Origin: Paenibacillaceae bacterium
GTDB lineage: Bacteria > Bacillota > Bacilli > Paenibacillales > Paenibacillaceae
DNA length: 64,000 nucleotides
Direction of reading: 5' to 3'
NCBI GenBank assembly: GCA_900766135.1
Contig: CAAFUF010000001.1
Span: 27,455-91,454 of the forward strand
A program made the position numbers and the translations under genes. Numbering within the stretch: position 1 is the stretch's first letter; every line of letters starts with the position of its first letter. Below, piece after piece: positions 57,579 to 64,000 of the stretch. The notes below the pieces were generated by a model. It saw only the letters and a list, made by a program, of their open reading frames with translations. It did not search any database and was not told where the DNA came from.

Positions 57579-58517
57579 ATGCTGGAAGTCGGTATACACG
57601 AACCGGATAAGCTGGTTCAGGTGGCTCACGCTCTCTCCACGCGCTCCCGCGTGGATATTCTTCGCCTGCTTAACACGCGGAGCATGAATATCATTGAACT
57701 TGCCGAAACCCTGGAGCTGCCGGTGTCGACGGTAGCGAACAACGTCAAGGTGTTGGAAGCGGCCAAGCTGATCAATACGGAATTGCTTCCGGCCGTCCGC
57801 GGGGCGATGAAGGTGTGCAGCCGCAATTACGATGATATACTCATCTCGCTGAACACGAGCATTCGGACGTCGAAGGACGGGATGAAGTTCTACGAGGTTG
57901 AGATGCCGATCGGGCATTACAGCGATTGCGAGGTTCATCCTACGTGCGGCATGGCATCCAGCGAAGGCATGCTGGTTCGGGAAGACGAACCGGCCAGTTT
58001 CTACCATCCTAAGCACGTAGCGGCGCAGATTCTGTGGTTTCGTAAAGGGTACGTGGAGTACCAGTTCCCGTTGGAAGTTCCGCAGAATGCGAAAATCCAG
58101 TCGCTGGAGCTGTCGATGGAAATGTGCTCGGAAGCGCCGAATTACGACAATGATTGGCCCTCGGACATCTCCGTTTGGGTCAATGGCGTCGAGATCGGCA
58201 TGTGGACGAGTCCCGGTGATTTTGGGGATCGGCTCGGTGCCTTAAATCCGACCTGGTGGGAAGACTGGATGACGCAATACGGTTTATTGAAAACGTGGCG
58301 GATCGACCACGAGCGAACGACACTGGACATGCAGAAGGTCTCCGACGTCACCATAAACGATTTGCAGCTCGATCAACGGCCGAGCTTGCGAGTGCGGATC
58401 GGCGTCAAACCGGATGCGGTCCACAAAGGCGGCGTAAACCTGTTTGGGAAGCAGTTTGGCGATTACGACCAGGATCTGGTCCTCCAAGTCGCCTACACGC
58501 TTGATGACGAAACGTAA
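57579..58517 (+). CDS. ArsR-family HTH regulator with an extended C-terminal sensor domain (type found beside arabinosidase genes)
   Basis: HALSTRSRVDILRLL..MNIIELAETL.LP.STVANNVKVLE.A.LI; PTCG.A, EMCSEAP, WPSDI, WTSPGDFG, TQYGLLK, GGVNLFGKQFGDY. Confidence 0.88.
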   Translation: MLEVGIHEPDKLVQVAHALSTRSRVDILRLLNTRSMNIIELAETLELPVSTVANNVKVLEAAKLINTELLPAVRGAMKVCSRNYDDILISLNTSIRTSKDGMKFYEVEMPIGHYSDCEVHPTCGMASSEGMLVREDEPASFYHPKHVAAQILWFRKGYVEYQFPLEVPQNAKIQSLELSMEMCSEAPNYDNDWPSDISVWVNGVEIGMWTSPGDFGDRLGALNPTWWEDWMTQYGLLKTWRIDHERTTLDMQKVSDVTINDLQLDQRPSLRVRIGVKPDAVHKGGVNLFGKQFGDYDQDLVLQVAYTLDDET

Positions 58518-58538
58518 TCAACCTCATAAGCCTTCTCT

Positions 58539-58574
58539 AAAACCATCGGTTCTCTACGAAACGGTGGTTTTTTT
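58539..58574 (+). terminator. Intrinsic terminator
   Basis: aaaaccatcg ... cggtggttttttt. Confidence 0.75.
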
Positions 58575-58643
58575 GTTTTGCGGCTATTTAATTACAAAAA
58601 GTTCGTAAAATAAAAATCCCTCAATACAACTGATATAATCAGC

Positions 58644-58717
58644 TGAAAGCGTTGACAAAACGGAGGATCGCAGATATATTTAGCTTAAATGATACAAAAA
58701 TTATGTATTAAAACAAA
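58644..58717 (+). promoter_or_regulatory. sigmaA promoter with cre and shared operator (copy 3)
   Basis: TGAAAGCGTTGACA, 17 bp, TATATT; GATACAAAAATTATGTATTAAAACAA at 58691-716. Confidence 0.82.
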
Positions 58718-58749
58718 AGTATCTAACGCAGACTAAAAGGAGCGGAAAA

Positions 58750-60504
58750 ATGACAAACCCACATTTGCGCAACGAATACCCCCGTCCGCAGTTTGTCCGC
58801 GACGCGTGGATGAGCCTGAACGGACAATGGGAGTTTGAGTTTGATGATCAAGGAATCGGCGAAAGAGAAGCTTGGTACGAAAGGCATGATTTCAGCCGGA
58901 AAATCAACGTTCCGTTCTGTTATCAGAGCCAGCTCAGCGGCATCGGCGATCCGGCCGTGCATGACCAGGTCTGGTATCGCAGAACGTTTGCCGTCTCGGA
59001 GGCCTACAAGGCCGGACGCCTGCTACTGCATTTCGGCGCCGTCGATTACGAGGCCAAAGTTTGGGTGAACGGCCAACTGGTGGCGCTGCATGAAGGCGGG
59101 AATACGCCGTTTACGGCCGACATCACGGATGTGCTTGCCGAAGGCGAGAATACTCTTGTCGTGAAGGCCACGGACTACAGCCGCGACGTCTCCCTGCCGC
59201 GGGGCAAGCAATACTGGGAAGATCAATCGGCAGGAATTTTTTACACGCGAACGACCGGGATCTGGCAAAGCGTTTGGCTTGAGCCGGTGCCAAAGACGCG
59301 GATCGATCGGATTCGGCTCATTCCGGACATCGACAAAAACGATATCGGTCTCGAGGTGTTCTTGTCGGGGCATAACGCTTCAGTTAAAGCCAGTATGAAA
59401 GCCGTCATCACTTTTAACGGCGAATTCGTCGCCGAGGATTGCTTCTCCTTGAGTCATGAATCGGGACGCCGGGTCATTCACTTGGACGATTTTAACGATC
59501 ATGGCCTGGGGCGCTGGTGGACGCCGGAGAGACCCAACTTGTACGACCTGGAGCTCACGCTGTTGGTCGGCGGTACGGCCGTGGATACGGTCCAGAGTTA
59601 TTTCGGAATGCGCAAGATTTCGGTGGAAGCCGGCAAACTGCACTTAAATAATCGTTCCTATTATATGAAGCTGGTACTCGATCAAGGTTATTTTCCGGAC
59701 GGCCTGCTGACCGCGCCTAGCGACGACGATTTACGCCGAGATGTGGAACTGGTGAAAGAAATGGGGCTGAACGGAGTACGGAAGCATCAAAAAATCGAAG
59801 ATCCCCGCTATTTGTACTGGGCAGATAAGCTGGGGCTGCTCGTATGGGGAGAGATGGCCAATGCCTACCGGTTCACCGAGCCTTACGTCGCCCGGATGAC
59901 GCGCGAGTGGATGCAGGCCGTAGAGCGGGACTTCAACCATCCCTGCATCGTGGCTTGGGTTCCGCTGAACGAAAGCTGGGGCGTGACCAACATTATGATC
60001 GACAAGCAGCAGCAACACCATGCGTTATCGCTGTACCACCTGACCAAATCGCTGGATCCGACGCGGCCGGTCATTTCCAATGACGGATGGGAGCTGGTCG
60101 CTACCGATCTCGTTACCATCCATGATTACGAGTGGCGCAAAGAGGTGCTTGCCGAGCGGTACGCCGATGTCGAAACGGCCTTGACCGCGCAGCCCGGCAA
60201 CCGGATGATCTTGGTTCCCGGCTTTCCTTACGAGGGGCAGCCGATTCTGGTCACGGAGTTCGGCGGGATTTCCTATAAGGTAAATGAATGGGAAGGCTGG
60301 GGGTACTCGGGAGCGGCAAATGAGGAGGATTTTGCGCTGCGCCTGCAGAATGTTATCGTACCGATGCTGCAATCCCCGGTGGTTCAAGGCTTTTGCTATA
60401 CCCAGTTTACGGACGTGGAGCAGGAGATCAACGGCCTGCTGACCTATGACCGCAAGCCGAAGCTGCCTCTGGAAACCATACGTTCGATTGTAGCGGGATC
60501 CTAA
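58750..60504 (+). CDS. GH2 family glycoside hydrolase (paralogue C)
   Basis: EYPRPQFVR, LHFGAVDY, RKHQKIEDP, NESWG, TEFGG, YTQFTDVEQEINGL. Confidence 0.93.
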   Translation: MTNPHLRNEYPRPQFVRDAWMSLNGQWEFEFDDQGIGEREAWYERHDFSRKINVPFCYQSQLSGIGDPAVHDQVWYRRTFAVSEAYKAGRLLLHFGAVDYEAKVWVNGQLVALHEGGNTPFTADITDVLAEGENTLVVKATDYSRDVSLPRGKQYWEDQSAGIFYTRTTGIWQSVWLEPVPKTRIDRIRLIPDIDKNDIGLEVFLSGHNASVKASMKAVITFNGEFVAEDCFSLSHESGRRVIHLDDFNDHGLGRWWTPERPNLYDLELTLLVGGTAVDTVQSYFGMRKISVEAGKLHLNNRSYYMKLVLDQGYFPDGLLTAPSDDDLRRDVELVKEMGLNGVRKHQKIEDPRYLYWADKLGLLVWGEMANAYRFTEPYVARMTREWMQAVERDFNHPCIVAWVPLNESWGVTNIMIDKQQQHHALSLYHLTKSLDPTRPVISNDGWELVATDLVTIHDYEWRKEVLAERYADVETALTAQPGNRMILVPGFPYEGQPILVTEFGGISYKVNEWEGWGYSGAANEEDFALRLQNVIVPMLQSPVVQGFCYTQFTDVEQEINGLLTYDRKPKLPLETIRSIVAGS

Positions 60505-60527
60505 AGATCAAGGAGTATTCCAACCAA

Positions 60528-61388
60528 ATGACAGAACACCAACGAAAAGGCGCCGCATTGATCCATGAGATTGCCCGGACGGAAGCCCCATACGGAACCT
60601 TGGCCATCTGGTATCTCGGCCAGGAAAGCGTGATTGTAAAAGGGGACGGGATCACCATTTACGTGGACCCTTATGTATCGGGCGATCTGGACGGCGGCGA
60701 TTGGCGGCGCACATTTCCTGCGCCCATAACGCCGGAAGAGATTCAAGGCGTCCATCTCTGTCTTATAACGCATGAACACGATGACCACATGGACGCGAGG
60801 ACGCTGCCTTGGCTGCATCGCAACAACCCGAAGGCGCCGATCGTAGCGCCGGCAAGCTGCAAGCCGGCATTGCTAGAGATGGGCATACCGGCCTCCGGGC
60901 TGATAACCGCTGATGATCGCCAGGCGCTGGAGCTATTCTCCAAGCTGCGATTGACGCCGATCGCGGCGGCCCATGAACAGCTGGAACGGGATGCGGAAGG
61001 CTGCCCCCGGTTTGTCGGCTACGTCTTGGAGTTAAACGGCGTGACGCTCTACCACGCCGGAGATACGATTGTTTTTCCGGAATTAATCGAGCGGGTCGGC
61101 GCCCTGAAGCCGGACATCGCCCTGTTGCCGATCAACGGGCGGGACTATTTCCGGCAGCAGCGCGGGATCGTCGGCAACATGGATTACCGCGAGGCAGCGC
61201 ATTTCGCCCGGGAAATCGCGGTGGACACGGTGATCCCGTTGCATTATGACCTGTTTGCGGTAAATGCGGAGAAACCGGGTTACTTCGTGGATTACGTGTA
61301 TGAGCATTTTCCCGAGCAAAAAGTCCATGTGATGGCCAGAAGCGAGCGATTCCTCTACGTATCGCCGCGCGCTTTCCTGCAGGATTAA
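60528..61388 (+). CDS. MBL-fold metallo-hydrolase, UlaG (L-ascorbate-6-phosphate lactonase)-like
   Basis: IWYLGQ, IYVDPY, THEHDDH, AAH, YHAGDT, PING, IPLHYD motifs. Confidence 0.88.
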   Translation: MTEHQRKGAALIHEIARTEAPYGTLAIWYLGQESVIVKGDGITIYVDPYVSGDLDGGDWRRTFPAPITPEEIQGVHLCLITHEHDDHMDARTLPWLHRNNPKAPIVAPASCKPALLEMGIPASGLITADDRQALELFSKLRLTPIAAAHEQLERDAEGCPRFVGYVLELNGVTLYHAGDTIVFPELIERVGALKPDIALLPINGRDYFRQQRGIVGNMDYREAAHFAREIAVDTVIPLHYDLFAVNAEKPGYFVDYVYEHFPEQKVHVMARSERFLYVSPRAFLQD

Positions 61389-61391
61389 CCG

Positions 61392-61436
61392 AAAAAATAG
61401 CCGGCCAGGAATTTTCATTCCGGCCGGCTATTTTTT
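61392..61436 (+). terminator. Intrinsic terminator
   Basis: aaaaaatagccggcc ... ggccggctatttttt. Confidence 0.85.
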
Positions 61437-61548
61437 ATTAGCGGGTTGATGGGGCGGGGGCCTCCTCAGGGCTTCTTTGCACCATTATCCCTTTTGTTAA
61501 GGGAGAGGGCGCGCGACTCATGATTTTGAATCGATGATGCAACGCCTC

Positions 61549-61645
61549 TGAACCAACCGTAAACCAACCGTGAACCAACCGTAAACCAACCGTGAACCAA
61601 CCGTAAACTAACCGTGAACCAACCGTAAACTAACCGTGAACCAAC
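61549..61645. repeat. Tandem repeat, 11-bp unit T(G/A)AAC(C/T)AACCG x ~8.8, alternating to a 22-bp higher-order unit
   Basis: tgaaccaaccg taaaccaaccg tgaaccaaccg taaaccaaccg tgaaccaaccg taaactaaccg tgaaccaaccg taaactaaccg tgaaccaac. Confidence 0.95.
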
Positions 61646-61823
61646 GCGTAACGCTCCCGCATCGTCCTTTAAACGTGCCTGAACCGTCCGTGATTGACAC
61701 TGGACCGATCCGATGCATTCCCCCTACATTCTCTCCCCGGCTTTTTTCTCCCGTGAGGCCTGTTTCCTTGCAATCTGACCAAAAGGGATAATCATGAAAA
61801 AAGTCCGTATAGCGAGTGTTTAC

Positions 61824-62783
61824 CTAACAGTCATACATGGCGACAATCGCCCGAGCCTCGGCCATCACCCGTTCCCGCAGCTCCGGCGGGTTTAGCACCT
61901 CGATGTCCCGGCCGCCCGCCAGGACCACGCCGCAAGCCCAGTCCAGCGTTTGGAGGTCGACATCTGCTAGAACCTGACCTTGTTTGTCCGGCCCTTCCGC
62001 ATGAAGAACCTTGATGAAACGTTCCTTATGCAACCGGTTAAGCCCGGCTTCGGTCGTCCGTACCCGGGCGAGATAGCGGGGCAGCTCGGATTTGAAGCGG
62101 GCGGTCGATTGCTCCCAATAGGCCGCCAGGTCAAAGCCGTTCGGCCTCACGAATGTCTCATCCAACAGGCGGGCTTCCTCCAGCCGGGAGATGCGGAACG
62201 TGCGAAGCTCGCCCCCCGGTTCCTGTTCGGCCGCCAAGTACCATACGTTGCGTTTGGCGATGAGTCCCAAGGGGCGCACGATGCGCTGAGCGACGACCTC
62301 CTCCTTGCGGTAGCGGATGTGCAGCTTCCGCTGGGTCCAGACGGCCTCCTGCACGGCGGATAGCCACGGGAAAACCTCTTTCGAGGCATGCCAACCGGCC
62401 CCGTCGATATGGATGCGCTCGCGGATCAGCTCGGCGTCCTGCCGGACCGGCGCGGGGGCGGCCGCCAGCAGCTTTTGGTAGGCGGCCTGAAAATCCCCCT
62501 GAATCCCGAGGTCCCTCAGCAGCTCGTTATGGTTCGTCAACAGCAGCGAGACGATCTCCTCCGGCCGCATGCCGGTCAGATTCGTCCGGTAGCTGTCCGC
62601 CAGCACCCAGCCGCCGCGGGAGCCGCGCTCCGCGTATACGGGGATACCCGCAGCACTCAATGCCTCAATGTCCCGGACGATCGTTCGTTCCGACACCTCC
62701 AGCAGCTCCGCCAGCTGGCGTGAGCTCATTTTTCCCCGGTTCTGCAGCAACAACAGCAGATTTAGCAAACGGTCCGCGCGCAC
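61824..62783 (-). CDS. YafY-like WYL-domain transcriptional regulator (HTH_11 + WYL)
   Basis: RADRLL..LAELLEVSERTIVRDIEALSAAGIPVYAERG..GG; RIVRPLGL....VWYLAA....RTFRISR; GTG start at 62783 after GAGGGAG. Confidence 0.92.
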   Translation of the reverse strand: MRADRLLNLLLLLQNRGKMSSRQLAELLEVSERTIVRDIEALSAAGIPVYAERGSRGGWVLADSYRTNLTGMRPEEIVSLLLTNHNELLRDLGIQGDFQAAYQKLLAAAPAPVRQDAELIRERIHIDGAGWHASKEVFPWLSAVQEAVWTQRKLHIRYRKEEVVAQRIVRPLGLIAKRNVWYLAAEQEPGGELRTFRISRLEEARLLDETFVRPNGFDLAAYWEQSTARFKSELPRYLARVRTTEAGLNRLHKERFIKVLHAEGPDKQGQVLADVDLQTLDWACGVVLAGGRDIEVLNPPELRERVMAEARAIVAMYDC

Positions 62784-62832
62784 AGAAGTCCTCCCTCTGC
62801 CTCTTTCACTTCGTGGAATGATTATATCACGA

Positions 62833-62857
62833 ATATAAGACAATAGATGTCATATAT
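62833..62857. promoter_or_regulatory. Putative WYL-regulator binding site
   Basis: ATATAAGACA-ATAGA-TGTCATATAT inverted repeat (1 mismatch) between the divergent genes. Confidence 0.65.
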
Positions 62858-62917
62858 AGTTTGTTATTCTACAGGGGCACGTGCGAAATTCGAGCAGGAA
62901 AGGAAGCGTATGAAACC

Positions 62918-63802
62918 ATGGACAAGAAACCATTAGAGGGAAAAGTGGCCGTCGTTGCCGGGGCAACGCGAGGAGCAGGCCGGGGAATCGCCGTTATGCT
63001 GGGGGCAGCGGGAGCGACGGTCTATTGCACCGGACGAAGCGTTCGGGGAGAGGCGTCGGACATCGGCCGGACGGAGACGATTGATGAGACGGCCGAGATG
63101 GTGACCGCCCGCGGCGGAATCGGGATCGCCGTTCGCACGGACCATACCTCGCCGGAGCAGGTCAAGGCTTTGTTCGAGCGAGTGGAGAAGGAACAGGACG
63201 GGCGTTTGGACATTCTGGTGAACGATATTTGGGGCGGGGAGAACCTTACCCATTGGAACACGCCATTCTGGGAGCAACCGTTGGCCGATGGACTCCTGAT
63301 GCAGGAGCGGGCCGTTCGAACCCACCTCATTACAAGCTACTACGGAGTGCCGATGATGATCAAAAGGAAGGAAGGCCTCATCATCGAAATTACCGACGGC
63401 TCGACCTACAATTATCGGGGCAATGTCTATTACAGTTTGGCCAAAATCTCGCCGATCCACCTGGCCGCCGCCATGGCCGAGGAATTGAAGGCGCACAACG
63501 TGACGGCATTGGCGGTGACGCCGGGATTTTTGCGATCCGAGCAGATGTTGGATTACTTTGGCGTCCAGGAAGCCAATTGGCAGGACGCCATCGAGAAGGA
63601 ACCGTTATATGCCGAATCCGAAACGCCGTATTTCGTCGGGCAAGCGGTGGCCGCCCTGGCCGCAGACCCTAACGTTCGTGAAAAAGCCGGCCAATCCCTA
63701 ACCAGTGGGGACCTCTCCGACGAATACGGGTTCATCGACATCGACGGACGTAAGCCGCATTGGGGGAATTTTGCGCGCGAGCGGGGACTTCCGGTGAACT
63801 GA
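62918..63802 (+). CDS. SDR family oxidoreductase
   Basis: VAVVAGATRGAGRGIA, LDILVNDIWGG, YSLAK (YxxxK), TPGFLRSE; ATG 62918. Confidence 0.92.
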   Translation: MDKKPLEGKVAVVAGATRGAGRGIAVMLGAAGATVYCTGRSVRGEASDIGRTETIDETAEMVTARGGIGIAVRTDHTSPEQVKALFERVEKEQDGRLDILVNDIWGGENLTHWNTPFWEQPLADGLLMQERAVRTHLITSYYGVPMMIKRKEGLIIEITDGSTYNYRGNVYYSLAKISPIHLAAAMAEELKAHNVTALAVTPGFLRSEQMLDYFGVQEANWQDAIEKEPLYAESETPYFVGQAVAALAADPNVREKAGQSLTSGDLSDEYGFIDIDGRKPHWGNFARERGLPVN

Positions 63803-63839
63803 GCAAGGGACCGAAAGGCGAGGCAATAGACCTGTGAAC

Positions 63840-63897
63840 GCCAAAAAGCGCGAGTGCAAGAGGTTTTTCTCCTGCACCCGCGCTTTTGGTGTTTTTT
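63840..63897 (+). terminator. Intrinsic terminator
   Basis: gccaaaaagcgcg.gtgca ... tgcac.cgcgcttttggtg followed by a T tract. Confidence 0.75.
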
Positions 63898-64000
63898 CGT
63901 TACTCGACCTGCGGCCACAAACGTGCGGAATAATGGGGAATGGCCCGGATGTCGTGGATTTTGGCAATCTCTACCCCTTCAAATCGTTCCACGTAGGCTT

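Noticed and set aside
60528..61388. Metallo-beta-lactamase resistance gene
   Set aside because: No signal peptide; motifs and operon context fit UlaG-like sugar-metabolism hydrolases.
61549..61645. Possible CRISPR array
   Set aside because: Units are 11 bp and contiguous, with no unique spacers and no cas genes in the window.

Overview
Chromosomal window from a high-GC Bacillota bacterium, most likely Paenibacillaceae (judged from gene content, sigmaA promoters, cre boxes and YesMN-type two-component systems). 1-11.3 kb holds redox, stress and resistance genes: two Gfo/Idh/MocA oxidoreductases, TetR, YhgE/Pip, a MocR regulator divergent from an aldo-keto reductase, an ArsR/old yellow enzyme pair, an RlmA-type 23S rRNA methyltransferase and DUF554. 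11.3-61.4 kb is almost entirely five carbohydrate-utilisation loci, each with a regulator, an ABC importer and glycosidases: (i) HK/RR with GH97 and GH36; (ii) LacI with GH130 and DUF1861/GT108; (iii) HK/RR with GH42; (iv) a visibly AT-richer GntR-LacI hybrid locus with two GH2; (v) an ArsR-type regulon with two GH43, a third GH2 and an MBL-fold hydrolase. A CrtQ-like GT2 + PlsY-like pair and an unannotated 57-aa ORF lie between (ii) and (iii). The window ends with an 11/22-bp tandem repeat and a WYL regulator divergent from an SDR. The most striking item missing from the ORF track is a 14-codon leader peptide, MVHYIRLRHSALNK (9323-9367). It resembles the macrolide-sensing ErmDL peptide and sits in an attenuator upstream of the RlmA(II)-like methyltransferase, which suggests inducible macrolide resistance. 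No rRNA, tRNA, CRISPR array, transposase or integrase was seen. All family assignments come from motif recognition by eye, not from database searches.
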